A stretch of DNA of 64,000 bases from an uncultured Gemmatimonadaceae bacterium (GTDB lineage Bacteria > Gemmatimonadota > Gemmatimonadetes > Gemmatimonadales > Gemmatimonadaceae). The notes under the pieces are model-generated. The model did not search any database. It saw only the letters and a program-made list of their open reading frames with translations, and had not been told where the DNA came from. The stretch covers positions 928,001 through 992,000 of the forward strand of contig OY970320.1 in the NCBI GenBank assembly GCA_963716745.1. Reading direction: 5' to 3'. Shown here one piece after another: positions 42,583-53,221 of the stretch. The position numbers and the translations under genes were made by a program. How positions within the stretch are numbered: position 1 is the stretch's first letter; every line of letters starts with the position of its first letter.

Positions 42583-44526
42583 TCAGATCCCCAGTGCGGT
42601 CCGCTCGGCCGTATTCGTATCGAGCGTCTCGTCGTGCATCATTATATCGCGAAGCCGCTGCGCGCGCCCCACGAGATACGGCACGGAGGTGACCACGACA
42701 TTCGGGCGGAAGGTGAACGCCGTGCGGATGAAGAGCGCCGTCTTGTTGTGCAGGAGATGCTCCCACCACTTGTGCGGCACGATGTCGGCCACGACGACGG
42801 TCACGAGATCGGCATCGCCCCGATGGATCATCCGGTTCACATAGTCCACCAGCGGCCGCAGCACCGACCGATACGGCGACGGGATCACCACGAGATCCAC
42901 GCCAATGTCCCACGCGGCCCATTCGGTTTTGAGCCGCTCGGTCGCCGCCGGATCGGTCTCGACGTACACCGCGCGCACATCTTCGGAGATCGTCGTCGCG
43001 TACACCAGCACTCCCGCCGTCGCGCGCGTGATGCCGTTCACCGGCACGATCACTGTATGGTGCATGAACATCAGCGGCGAGTGCCCGGTGAACCGGATCT
43101 CCTCGGCGAATTCGGCGTAGTGCGAGTGGATCTTCCGCAGCAATAGAATAATGGCGGGGATGATGATGACGACGATCCACGCGCCGTGCAGGAATTTCGT
43201 GACCACCTGCACCACCGACACGATGGCCGTCGCGACGGCGCCGAGTCCGTTGAGCGCGGACTTCCACTTCCATCCTTCGTCGCGCGTGGTGCGCCAATGC
43301 ATCACCATGCCGGCCTGCGAGAGCGTGAAGCACACGAACACGCCGATCGCGTACAGCGGAATGAGCGCGCTCGTGTCGCCGTGGAAGAACCACACGAGCA
43401 GGATGGCCACGAGCGAGAGCGCGACGATCCCGTTCGAGAACGCGAGGCGGTCGCCGCGCGCCGCGAACTGGCGCGGCATGTAGCCGTCGCGCGCGAGGAT
43501 GCTGGACAATCGCGGGAAATCGGCGAACGCGGTATTCGCCGCGAGCACGAGGATCGCGAACGTCGCGTATTGCAGCGCGAAGTACACCACGCCGCCGCCG
43601 AAGATGTGCCGGCCGAGTTGCGATAGCACGGTGTCGGATGCCGAGGGCATCACCTGGTAATGTTGCGCGAGCGAACTCACGCCCATGAAGAACACGCCGA
43701 GGATCGCGGCCATCCAGCCGAGCGTGATGGCGGCGTTCTTGGCGCTGGGCGACTTGAACGCGCTCACGCCGTTGGAGATGGCCTCGGTGCCGGTCATCGC
43801 GACGCATCCTTCGGCGAACCCGCGCAGGATGAGGAACACGAGCGCGAAGCCGGCGATGCCCTGCGACCCGTGCGCCGCGGCCGAGACGGGATCAATGCGC
43901 GGCGCGCCGAGCACCGGCGCGAGCTCATGGCCGAGCGCGATGCGATAGAAGCCGGTGCCGATGAGCGCGAGCATCAGCACGATGAAGATGTACGTGGGCA
44001 CGCTGAACGCCGCGCCCGATTCCCGAACGCCGCGCAGGTTCACGAGCATGAGCAGCACGATGGCGCCGACGCAGAGTCCCACCGTGTGCGGCTGCAGCAC
44101 GGGGTACGCGGACGTGATCGCGGCGATGCCGCCGGAGATCGACACGGCGACCGTGAGGATATAGTCGGTGAGCAGTGCGGCCGCGGCGACGAGTCCGGGC
44201 ATCGTGCCGAGGTTGTCCTTCGCGACCGTGTAGGACCCGCCGCCGCCGGGATAGGCGAAGATCGTCTGCCGGTACGAGAGCGCGACGATGATGAGCAGTG
44301 CGACGATGACGCCGGAGATCGGAACGATGTACTGGAAGGCGAGCGTTCCGAGGACGGCGAGGACGATCAGCGTCTGCTCGGTGGCGTAGGCGACGGAGGA
44401 GATCGCGTCGGAGGAGAGGACGGCGAGCGCCGTTTTCTTGTTGAGGCGCTCGTGATCGAGGCGATCGGAGGCGAGCGGGCGGCCGAAGAGCAGCCGCTTG
44501 AATCGCGGTAACGCGGGGGCGGACAT
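42583..44526 (-). CDS. APC family permease (KimA/YdaO-like)
   Basis: ALAVLSSDAISSVAYATE, YPGGGGSY, TGTEAISNGV, SPYR, WWEHLLHN. Confidence 0.92.
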   Translation of the reverse strand: MSAPALPRFKRLLFGRPLASDRLDHERLNKKTALAVLSSDAISSVAYATEQTLIVLAVLGTLAFQYIVPISGVIVALLIIVALSYRQTIFAYPGGGGSYTVAKDNLGTMPGLVAAAALLTDYILTVAVSISGGIAAITSAYPVLQPHTVGLCVGAIVLLMLVNLRGVRESGAAFSVPTYIFIVLMLALIGTGFYRIALGHELAPVLGAPRIDPVSAAAHGSQGIAGFALVFLILRGFAEGCVAMTGTEAISNGVSAFKSPSAKNAAITLGWMAAILGVFFMGVSSLAQHYQVMPSASDTVLSQLGRHIFGGGVVYFALQYATFAILVLAANTAFADFPRLSSILARDGYMPRQFAARGDRLAFSNGIVALSLVAILLVWFFHGDTSALIPLYAIGVFVCFTLSQAGMVMHWRTTRDEGWKWKSALNGLGAVATAIVSVVQVVTKFLHGAWIVVIIIPAIILLLRKIHSHYAEFAEEIRFTGHSPLMFMHHTVIVPVNGITRATAGVLVYATTISEDVRAVYVETDPAATERLKTEWAAWDIGVDLVVIPSPYRSVLRPLVDYVNRMIHRGDADLVTVVVADIVPHKWWEHLLHNKTALFIRTAFTFRPNVVVTSVPYLVGRAQRLRDIMMHDETLDTNTAERTALGI

Positions 44527-44607
44527 TTTTCCTGCCGGGCATGAGAACGGGCCCCGGTCCAGACGGACCGCGACCCGGTGATCGACAGCACTAGGGTATC
44601 ACATAAG

Positions 44608-44680
<73 letters not shown>

Positions 44681-44763
44681 GTTCACTACAGGTACGCGTT
44701 GCTCCTAGAAACTACTGGCTGGCGGTGCGGCAGGCTACTCCCTTGCTTCGGAAGGCGCGGCAA

Positions 44764-44856
44764 GCGGGAAGCGGGAAGCGCCGCGGGACGCGGGAAGGGC
44801 GCGGAGGCTCACGCGCGTCCCGCACATCGCGGCGCTTCCCGCTTCCCGCGTCCCGC
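44764..44856. repeat. GCGGGAA-unit palindrome, second copy
   Basis: Similar to 34167-34282. Confidence 0.88.
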
Positions 44857-44860
44857 GTAG

Positions 44861-45142
44861 TTATTTCTTCGCCGGCGGATCGACCTTGATGTCCTTCGCG
44901 CCGAGGGTGGCGTCTTGCACGAGCTTGACGCCGCAGGCTTCGAGTGTATCGCGGGCCTCCTGCATCTGCGACGGGAGCTTGAGCTCGGCGTTGTCGGGCG
45001 AGACGCGAACGGTGGAACCCTTCGCGATCAGGCGGTCCTCGGCGCGCTCCAGCAGGTCGTCGATGTTCGTGATGGGAGCGGGCGCGGCGGGCGGCTTAGG
45101 CGGCTGCGGGGCGGTCATGGTGGCTCCTGGTTGGGCTGCCAT
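44861..45142 (-). CDS. Small hypothetical protein
   Basis: 93-aa ORF; alternative start MTAP at 45119 follows an AGGAG RBS. Confidence 0.6.
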   Translation of the reverse strand: MAAQPGATMTAPQPPKPPAAPAPITNIDDLLERAEDRLIAKGSTVRVSPDNAELKLPSQMQEARDTLEACGVKLVQDATLGAKDIKVDPPAKK

Positions 45143-45180
45143 AAGTGACGCGGCTCGCGCGGGAGTAGCAACCCGGAACG

Positions 45181-45208
45181 AAAACGGCCCCGGATCACGG
45201 GGCCGTCT
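45181..45208 (-). terminator. Terminator of the tRNA cluster
   Basis: ACGGCCCCG-TGATC-CGGGGCCGT followed by T run. Confidence 0.8.
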
Positions 45209-45211
45209 GAG

Positions 45212-45283
45212 AGCCAGCGGTCAGGATTGAACTGACGACCGCTCGATTACGAATCGAGTGCTCTACCACTGAGCTACGCTGGC
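45212..45283 (-). tRNA. tRNA-Thr(CGT)
   Basis: CTCGA-TT CGT AA-TCGAG. Confidence 0.96.
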
Positions 45284-45312
45284 GATCGTCGAAGGTACTG
45301 CGAGTTGCTGCA

Positions 45313-45394
45313 TGCCCTGGCGCGGACTCGAACCGCGACGCCTTACGGCACCACCCCCTCAAGATGGCGTGTCTACCAATTTCACCACCAGGGC
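45313..45394 (-). tRNA. tRNA-Leu(GAG)
   Basis: CCATC-TT GAG GG-GGTGG, long variable arm. Confidence 0.96.
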
Positions 45395-45445
45395 GCTGCT
45401 GACCTTAAGTCGAGATGAGGTCTAACGTCCAACGACCAACGACTA

Positions 45446-45519
45446 CGGGGCTGACGGGGATCGAACCCGCGACCTCCGGTGTGACAGACCGGCACTCTAA
45501 CCAGCTGAGCTACAGCCCC
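45446..45519 (-). tRNA. tRNA-Asp(GTC)
   Basis: CCGGT-CT GTC AC-ACCGG. Confidence 0.97.
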
Positions 45520-45543
45520 AAATACATCTCTATCGTCCCCTAG

Positions 45544-45615
45544 TAGCCCCAAGGGGAGTCGAACCCCTCTCTGCACCTTGAAAGGGTGCCGTCCTAACCG
45601 ATAGACGATGGGGCC
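45544..45615 (-). tRNA. tRNA-Glu(TTC)
   Basis: GCACC-CT TTC AA-GGTGC. Confidence 0.96.
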
Positions 45616-45702
45616 GTGCAACAGCAGAGGCGCGTCTAGCGTGTGGCGCTACTGAACTGCGGCGTTAGACGTTGGACCATCCTGCAAGGGAAAGTTTCCA
45701 CA

Positions 45703-45775
45703 TAGCGGTAACGGGATTCGAACCCGTGTTTAAGCCTTGAGAGGGCTCCGTCCTAGTCCCCTAGACGATACCGCC
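45703..45775 (-). tRNA. tRNA-Glu(CTC)
   Basis: GAGCC-CT CTC AA-GGCTT. Confidence 0.95.
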
Positions 45776-45808
45776 AGTCGACTGCTCGAGAATCATTTCA
45801 AAAAGCAA

Positions 45809-45881
45809 CAGGCCCGGAGGGACTTGAACCCCCAACCGCTGGTTTTGGAGACCAGTGCTCTACCAGTTGAGCTACGGACCT
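45809..45881 (-). tRNA. tRNA-Trp(CCA)
   Basis: CTGGT-CT CCA AA-ACCAG. Confidence 0.96.
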
Positions 45882-45924
45882 AACGACCGCGACGGCCTCG
45901 GATCCTCCGCTCCTCCCCCCCCAG

Positions 45925-45999
45925 GGTGACCGAGGGGAATTGAACCCCCAACCCCCGGAGCCACAGTCCGGTGCTCTAACCAATTGAGCTACGGTCACC
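45925..45999 (-). tRNA. tRNA-His(GTG)
   Basis: CCGGA-CT GTG GC-TCCGG; encoded G-1 and C discriminator. Confidence 0.96.
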
Positions 46000-46084
46000 A
46001 TGTTCCTGCGAACATGATATTCTAACGGTGAAGACGACCCGAATCAACAATCCGCTCACGACGCACGACTCATAACTCACGCCG

Positions 46085-46651
46085 TCAGTTCTTAACTCGG
46101 TCTAGGTACTCGCCCGTATTCGGATTCACGCGAATCCGCTCCCCGCTCGAGATGAACTCCGGTACGTTCACCGTCGCGCCGTTCTCCAGCTTCGCCGGCT
46201 TCGCACTCGCGTTCTTCGTCGCACTCTTCATCACCGGACTCGTCTCGACGATCGTCAGCTCCATCGAATTCGGCAGCTCGATGCCGATCGGCTTCCCGTT
46301 ATAGTACTCGGCGATGATCTTCATCCCCTCCTGCATCCACTGCGCCCCGTCGCCCAGCGTCTCTTCGTCGATCTCGAGCTGGTCGTAATTCTCGCTGTTC
46401 ATGAAGTGGTAGGTATCCGCACTCTTGTACATGAAGTCGAGATTGTGCGTTTCGAGACTCGCCTTCGTGATCGAGTCCGCGGCGCGGAACCGATGCTCGA
46501 AGTTGGAGCCCGTGCGCAGGTTACGGAGCTTCGCCTGCACCATCGCGCGGAGGTTGCCCGGCGTGTGGTGACGGAATTCAGTGATGCGGCAGGGATCGCC
46601 TTCGAAGACGATGACCATGCCGCGCCGGATCTGGGTCGCGGGAATCGCCAT
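46085..46651 (-). CDS. efp: Elongation factor P
   Basis: 188 aa; HHTPGNLRAMVQAKLRN, FMNSENYDQ, KPAKLENG, VPEFI. Confidence 0.97.
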   Translation of the reverse strand: MAIPATQIRRGMVIVFEGDPCRITEFRHHTPGNLRAMVQAKLRNLRTGSNFEHRFRAADSITKASLETHNLDFMYKSADTYHFMNSENYDQLEIDEETLGDGAQWMQEGMKIIAEYYNGKPIGIELPNSMELTIVETSPVMKSATKNASAKPAKLENGATVNVPEFISSGERIRVNPNTGEYLDRVKN

Positions 46652-46701
46652 TGGACTCTATACTTGCTTTGAGTGGATACGGTAAACTGGCTTAGCCTTT
46701 A

Positions 46702-46731
46702 AGTTTACACTGTTGAGGGTATTCAGGTCAA
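46702..46731 (-). promoter_or_regulatory. Putative sigma70 promoter of efp (TTGACC-N18-TAAACT)
   Basis: AT-rich intergenic stretch upstream of efp. Confidence 0.5.
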
Positions 46732-46798
46732 CTGAAAAGGGCGTGTGTGGCGCATGGCGTATAGTGCAACCACCGTAACGGCATTCTGGGGGTCGGTC

Positions 46799-49066
46799 AT
46801 GAGGAGATTCACGATCATTCTGGCGGCGTCGCTCATCGCCCCGCACGTGGCGGCGCAGGTCACCGGCAATACGGTCTTCTCACCGCCGCCGGTCCCGCCC
46901 GCCGATTCCGGCTGGCCCCGCATTGTCCAGACCAAGGCGGACACCTTCACCGCGTACCAGCCACAGCTGGATTCGTGGGAGGGGAATCAGGTCGTGGCAC
47001 GCATGGCGGTGTCGGTGCTGCCCAACGGCGCGCGTGACTCGCTGTTCGGCGTCGTGGAGTTCACCGCGCGCACGGACGTCGACAAGGCGAACCGCACGGT
47101 CTATCTCGAGGCGATGAAGATCACCTCCGTGAAATTCCCGACCGCGCCGGACCGCGAAGCAGGCTACCTCGCCGTGCTCACGACGAAACTGCCCGCGCGA
47201 TCGCACGCGATCCAGCTCGATAAGCTCGAGGCGGCGTTGCAGGTGATCGGCGGCACTCGGCAGATGACGAAGCACACACTCGCCAACGCGCCGCCCGCCA
47301 TCGTCTTCTCGCCGGTGCCCGCGGTGCTGGTCCCGATCGACGGCGCGCCGGTGTGGCGGCCGATGAAGGGCACGAAGCTCACGCGCGTGATCAACACCGC
47401 GCCGGTGCTCGTGAAGTCGTCGCAGACGAAGATGCTGTATCTGCACGTGTTCGATGGTTGGCTGCAGGCGGCCGACACGACTGGCCCGTGGACGGTCACA
47501 AAGAGCGCGCCGGTCGAGACGGTGAACGATCTCAATGTCGTGCTGCGCGCGCTGGTCGATTCCGGCGATGCCGACCCGCTCTCCGGCGCGCCTTCCACGC
47601 CGTACTCGCAGGTGCCGCTGCCGTCGTTGCTCAAGCCGCCGGTGCCGAAAGTGATCATCGCGACGAAGACCACCGAGCTCATCGTCACCGACAGCGCGCC
47701 CAAGTGGGCGCCGATCACCGGCGTGCCGCTGCAGTACGTCAAGAACACCAGCGGCCGCATCCTGCGCGACACGACGGACCACAAGATCTACATTCTGCTC
47801 TCGGGCCGATGGTTCACGTCAATGGCACTCGCCGGACCGTGGACGTACGTGCGTGGCGCGGATCTGCCCAAGTCGTTCGCGCAGATCCCGGACTCCAGCG
47901 CAATGGAGAACGTGCGCGCGGCGATCCCCGGAACGCCGCAGGCCGAGGAAGCGCGGATCGAGAATTCGATCCCGCAAACGGAGACGCTGAGCCGCACGGG
48001 CACGAAGGCCGAGGCGGTGGAGATCGACGGTGCGGCCAAGATCCTGCCGCTCGAGCTCACGGGGCTGCAGTACGTCTCGAATGCGTCGCGTCCACTGATC
48101 GAGGTCACCTCCTCGAGCTGGTACCTGTGCGAGAACGGCGTGTGGTTCAACGGCCCGTCAATGACGGGCCCGTGGGCGGTCGCGACCACCGTGCCCGACG
48201 CGATCTACCAGATCCCGCCGAGTTCACCGTTGCACTATGTGACATACGTGAGAGTGTACGATTCGTCGGCGGATTCGGTGTGGGTGGGCTACACGCCCGG
48301 CTACACCGGCGTGATCCTGGACGATGAGAACGTGGCGGTGTACGGCACGGGTTACGGGTACACCTCCTGGATCGGCAATGACTGGTATGCGCCGCCGTTC
48401 ACCTACGGCTACGGCGCGAACATCGGGTGGACGCCGTGGTACGGCTGGCGCTACGGCGCCGGTTACGGCTATGCCTGGGGCTGGGGCGGGTACGGACTCG
48501 GTTCGTATCGCGGCGTGGGCCGCTGGGGCGTGGGAGACTGGGGCTCCATGACGGGAAGCGTGTACGACCGGTGGCTCGACGGCGGCCGCGCGAAGTTGTA
48601 CGGCGGCGTCGATCCTCGCATGGGCAATCCGTGGGGCGACCGGTTCAGCATGTCGTTCAACTCACGCACGGGGTGGGCCGCCGCCGGCCAGTATGGCGCC
48701 GTGGGGAACGTGTTCACTGGCGTGTACGCCGATGGCATGTACGCCGCGGGGATCTACGGCGGCTACGGCGCGTACGCGGGTGGCTATTACAACTACGGCG
48801 CGTACGCCGACTACGCCGCACGCTGGGCGTACCGGAACAACGTGTACGGGGACCGCAACGGGAACGTGTTCCGTCGCGACGGCTACGGCAGCTGGAGCGG
48901 CAACGGCGTGCGCGGCTGGGGTGGAGTGGACGCAGGCCGCGCCGCGACATTGAACCGGATGGACGGAGCGCGCGGGATCGGCGAGACGAGAGCGGGAGGG
49001 TTCAATAATGCGGGAGGGGCACGCGCACGGTCGGGCGGGATGAGAGGGGGCGGCCGAAGACGCTAA
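46799..49066 (+). CDS. Large secreted hypothetical protein with Gly/Tyr/Trp-rich C-terminus
   Basis: Signal peptide MRRFTIILAASL; YQPQLDSW, LSGRWF, IPPSSPLHYVTYV, GYTPGY; ends GGGRRR. Confidence 0.82.
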   Translation: MRRFTIILAASLIAPHVAAQVTGNTVFSPPPVPPADSGWPRIVQTKADTFTAYQPQLDSWEGNQVVARMAVSVLPNGARDSLFGVVEFTARTDVDKANRTVYLEAMKITSVKFPTAPDREAGYLAVLTTKLPARSHAIQLDKLEAALQVIGGTRQMTKHTLANAPPAIVFSPVPAVLVPIDGAPVWRPMKGTKLTRVINTAPVLVKSSQTKMLYLHVFDGWLQAADTTGPWTVTKSAPVETVNDLNVVLRALVDSGDADPLSGAPSTPYSQVPLPSLLKPPVPKVIIATKTTELIVTDSAPKWAPITGVPLQYVKNTSGRILRDTTDHKIYILLSGRWFTSMALAGPWTYVRGADLPKSFAQIPDSSAMENVRAAIPGTPQAEEARIENSIPQTETLSRTGTKAEAVEIDGAAKILPLELTGLQYVSNASRPLIEVTSSSWYLCENGVWFNGPSMTGPWAVATTVPDAIYQIPPSSPLHYVTYVRVYDSSADSVWVGYTPGYTGVILDDENVAVYGTGYGYTSWIGNDWYAPPFTYGYGANIGWTPWYGWRYGAGYGYAWGWGGYGLGSYRGVGRWGVGDWGSMTGSVYDRWLDGGRAKLYGGVDPRMGNPWGDRFSMSFNSRTGWAAAGQYGAVGNVFTGVYADGMYAAGIYGGYGAYAGGYYNYGAYADYAARWAYRNNVYGDRNGNVFRRDGYGSWSGNGVRGWGGVDAGRAATLNRMDGARGIGETRAGGFNNAGGARARSGGMRGGGRRR

Positions 49067-49310
49067 CGGCGTGAGTCGTAACCCTGACTCCGTGAGTTCC
49101 GAGTCGTGCGTCGTGGACCACGACCTGCGTGCGTCGCGACCCGAACGCCGTGAGTGACAACTCACGGCGTTCTGCGTACTCACGGAGTTCGGGGTGCGAC
49201 GCACGGAGTGTCGGGTCGCGACGCACGGTGTCAGTGGTCCACGACGCACGACTCGGTACTCACGGCGTTCGGGGTACGAGTCACGGCGTTCGGGTCGCGA
49301 GTCACGCCGT
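49066..49310. repeat. CGTGAGT/GTCGTGC-unit palindromic element
   Basis: About 245 bp of nested inverted repeats between convergent genes. Confidence 0.88.
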
Positions 49311-50004
49311 CAGCGCTTCAGCGAATCCAAGACCGGGACAAGGACTCTCATCACATTCGTCGCGACGATCTGCGCCCCGCGAACATTCGGGTGTATCCCA
49401 TCCCCTTGATTGAGCGTATCGATCCCCGCCACTCCATTGAGCAGGAACGGCAAGAATGTGATCTTGTTCGCGCGTCGCCAATTCCGGGAATGCCCGGTGA
49501 AAGTCCGATGCGTAACCCGGTCCCATGTTCGGCAGCGCTTCCATGGCCATCAGGATGATCCTCGCGCGCGGCTGCTCGGCGCGGATCGAGTCGATGATCG
49601 CTTGGATGTTCGCGCGCATGGAATCCACGCTCAGTCCGCGCAGCCCATCGTTCGCGCCAGTCTCGAGCAGGATCACGGCCGCGGGGCGCGCGCAGCAGCC
49701 AGCCGATCCGTCCGCGCGCGTCGGCTGACGTCTCCCCGCTGACGCCCGCGTTCACCACCTCATAGTTTTCGTGCAGCGAGTCGAGCCGGCGCGCGATCAC
49801 GGCCACGTACGACTGGTCGGGCTCCAGACCGTAGCCGGCGGTGAGACTCGTGCCGATGAACAGGATCACGGGCTTCGCGGCGCCACTGTCGGCATGCGCC
49901 TTCGCGGCTGCCGCGACTGACGCCTCGCGCGGCGCCGGCTTCACCCCGCGGTCGCAGGCGGCGAGCGCGATCACGATCATTCCCCATTTCAGCGGTGCAC
50001 GCAT
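49302..50004 (-). CDS. tesA: Arylesterase/acyl-CoA thioesterase I, SGNH family (frameshifted; 3' end approximate)
   Basis: GTSLTAGYG, NAGVSGETS, ETGANDGLRG, DGIHPN in shifted frame. Confidence 0.85.
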
Positions 50005-50680
50005 GCTCGTAGTCCGGGAGTTGACGAAGACCTTCCCCAGCGGCGATCAGTCCCTAACGGTACTGCGCGACGTGAACTTCGACATCCCCGAGCGCGCTTT
50101 CGTGGCGGTGCTCGGCCCCTCGGGCAGCGGCAAGACGACGCTCCTCGCGCTGCTCGCGGGGCTCGACACGCCGTCGCGCGGCTCGGTGTCGCTCGACGGT
50201 TCCGACTTGGGCACGCTCTCCGAAGATGCGCGCGCCAAACTCCGCGGACAGAAAGTTGGGTTCGTGTTCCAGAGCTTTCAACTCATCCCCACCCTCACGG
50301 CGCTCGAGAACGTGCGCGTGCCGCTGGAACTGCGCGGCGTGGCCGACGCGGCCATCCGCGCGCGTGAACTCCTCGGCCGCGTGGGGCTCGCCGACCGCAC
50401 GCACCACTACCCCGCCCAGCTCTCGGGCGGCGAGCAGCAACGTGTCGCGCTCGCGCGCGCCTTCGTGAACGCGCCGCGCGTGCTCTTCGCCGATGAGCCC
50501 ACGGGCAATCTCGACCAGGCCACCGGCGCCAAGATCATCGATCTCATCGAGGAACTGAACCGCGAATCGGGCACGACGGTGATCCTCGTGACGCACGATG
50601 AGGCGCTCGCCGCGCGCGCGACGCGCGTGATCCGTCTGGCCGACGGCGCCGTGGTGCAGGACACGGGACGCGCCGCGTGA
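50003..50680 (+). CDS. ABC transporter ATP-binding protein (YbbA-like)
   Basis: GPSGSGKTT, LSGGEQQR, ADEPTGNLD; start overlaps the divergent tesA start. Confidence 0.93.
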   Translation: MLVVRELTKTFPSGDQSLTVLRDVNFDIPERAFVAVLGPSGSGKTTLLALLAGLDTPSRGSVSLDGSDLGTLSEDARAKLRGQKVGFVFQSFQLIPTLTALENVRVPLELRGVADAAIRARELLGRVGLADRTHHYPAQLSGGEQQRVALARAFVNAPRVLFADEPTGNLDQATGAKIIDLIEELNRESGTTVILVTHDEALAARATRVIRLADGAVVQDTGRAA

Positions 50681-53218
50681 CGCTTCGCGACGGCAGTCGC
50701 TGGCGCGCGATCCCCGCGCTCGCGTGGCACGACACGCGCACCGCCCGCCGGCGGCTCATCGTCTCGGTGAGCGCGATCTCGCTCGGCATCGCCGCGCTCG
50801 TCGCCACCGATTCGTTCAGCGCCGACGTCACGCGCTCGGTGCGCCAACAGTCGCGCGCGTTGCTCGGCGCCGACCTCGCGCTCAATTCCAGCCAGAAGTT
50901 CACCGCGCCGGTGGATTCCGTGCTCGCGTCGCTCGAGCAGCAGGGCGCGCAGGTCGCGCGCGCCACGACCTTCACCTCGATGGCCGTGGTGCCCGGGCAT
51001 CCCGGCTCGAAGCTGGTACAAGTGCGCGCCGTCTCCGAAGGCATGCCGTTCTACGGCACGATCGAGACGGAGCCCGCGGGGCAATGGGCGCATCTGCAGG
51101 AGGGGCGCCACGCGTTGGTTGATCCCGCGCTCCTCATCGCGCTCAACGCGAACGTTGGCGATACGCTCTTCCTGGGCTTCGCGCGCTTCGCGATCACCGG
51201 TGTGCTCTCGAACGTGCCCGGCGACGTGGGGATCTCCGCCGCGATCGGGCCGCGCGTGTACATCCCCGAATCGTTCCTCGCGGAAACGCGGCTGCTCGGT
51301 TTCGGCAGCCGCGCGCAGTATCAGGCGATGCTCAAATTGCCGGCCACGCTCAGTCCCGCGCGCGTCGTCGCGCGCGCGCGCCCCGTGTTCGAGGCGCAGA
51401 AAGTGCGCGCCCGCACGGTGGCGGAAACGGAACAGTCGCTCACGCAGGGCGTCGAGCAACTCAACAAATTCCTCGGACTCGTAGGACTCGTCGCGCTGCT
51501 CCTCGGCGGCATCGGCGTGGGCAGCGCGATCAGCGCGTACATCGCCGACCGGCTGGACAGCGTGGCCGTGCTGCGCTGCCTCGGCGCCACCGGCCCGCAG
51601 GTGACGGCGATGTACGTGATCGAAGCGTCGCTGCTCGGCGTGATCGGCGCGGTGCTCGGCATCGTGCTCGGCGTGGCGGCGCAATTGCTCTTGCCCAAAG
51701 TGTTCGGCGACTTCCTGCCGGTGGATGTCGCGCCGCAACTCGAGCCGCGCATTCTGCTCATGGGCCTCGCGATCGGCGTATGGACCGCCACGCTGTTCGC
51801 GCTGCGTCCGGTGCTGGCGGTGCGCGACGTGAGTCCGCTCATGGTGCTGCGGCGCAATACGCCGGGCGCGGCGGGGCGCGTGCGGCGCGTGGATGTACCG
51901 CGGCTCTCGGTGGAACTGCTGCTGGGCGCCACCGTGCTGCTGCTCGCGGTGCGCCGCACGGGACTGCTCTCGCAGGGCGTGGGGATGACCATCGGCATCG
52001 TGGGCGTGGTGGGCGTGCTCGCGTTGGGTGCGGCGCTGCTCAGCGCGCTGGCGCGGCGGGTGGTGCGCGAGCGCTGGCCGTTCGTGCTGCGCCAGGGCGT
52101 CGCGAACCTGTATCGCCCCGCGAATCAGACGCGCGCGGTGGTGCTGTCGCTCGGCTTCGCGACGTTCCTGCTCTGCTTCGTGTACCTCGTGCAATCGAGC
52201 CTGCTGGGCGAATTGCGCGCGGCGGGCAATGCGGCGCAGGCGAACATGGCGTTCTTCGACGTGCAGCCCGCGGCGCTCGTGGGTCTCGATTCCATGGTGC
52301 AGGCCGCGCACGCGCCGGTGCTGCAGCAGGTGGCGATCATCCCGATGCGCGTGGCCGAGATCAACGGCGTTTCCGTCGCGGAGATCACGAAGAAACGGCA
52401 GAGCTGGGCGCTCAGGCGCGAGTATCGCTCGAGCTACCGCGATACACTGGTCGCGTCCGAGCGCGTGACCGCGGGAAAATGGGGACCGCGCGATGCCGCC
52501 GGCCTGCCGGGCATCTCGGTGGAGCGCGATCTCGCCGCCGAACTCCAGGTGGCGCTCGGCGACACGATCGTGTGGGACGTGCAGGGCGTACGCGTGCCGA
52601 GTATCGTGACGAGTCTGCGTGAGGTGCAGTGGGCGCGCTTCGAGCCGAACTTCTTCGTGGTATTCGAGCCGCGCGCGCTGAGAGACGCGCCGGCGAGCTT
52701 CGCGGTGCTCACGCGCATGGACGACGCGCGCGGGCGCGCGCAGCTGCAGCACGATGTGGTGACGCGTTTCCCAAGCGCGAGCGCGATCGACCTCTCGACC
52801 ATCCAGGATGCGGTGCGGCGGATATTGGACAAAGTGTCGCTCGCCGTGCGGTTCCTCTCACTGTTCAGTCTCGTGACCGGCGTGCTGGTGCTCGTGAGCG
52901 CCGTGTCGAGCGCGCGCCGCCAGCGCGTGCGCGAAGCGGTGCTGCTCAAGACCCTTGGTGCCACGCGCGCGCAGATCGCGCGCATCATGGCGGCGGAGTA
53001 CGCGTCGCTCGGAGCGTTGGGCAGCCTCACCGGCATGACGCTCTCGGCGTTCGCCGCCTGGGGCGTGATGCATTTCATCTTCGAGAGCACGTTCGCGCTC
53101 GCGCCGGTGGGGATGCTGCTGCTCGCCGCCGGGACGATGGCGCTCACGGTGTCGATCGGCGTTTGGAGCGGACGCGAGGTCTTTCGCGCGACCGGTGAGC
53201 GACGAGCTGCGGGACTGA
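50677..53218 (+). CDS. ABC transporter permease (YbbP-like)
   Basis: ALLGADL, PFYG, VLRCLGAT, PNFFVVF, LLKTLGAT; ORF track ends 53235 inside a repeat, probable true stop 53216-53218. Confidence 0.9.
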
Positions 53219-53221
53219 TTG

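Noticed and set aside
44527..44607. c-di-AMP (ydaO) riboswitch before the KimA-like permease
   Set aside because: Only about 80 nt separate the gene from tRNA-Gly, and no recognisable aptamer motifs are present.
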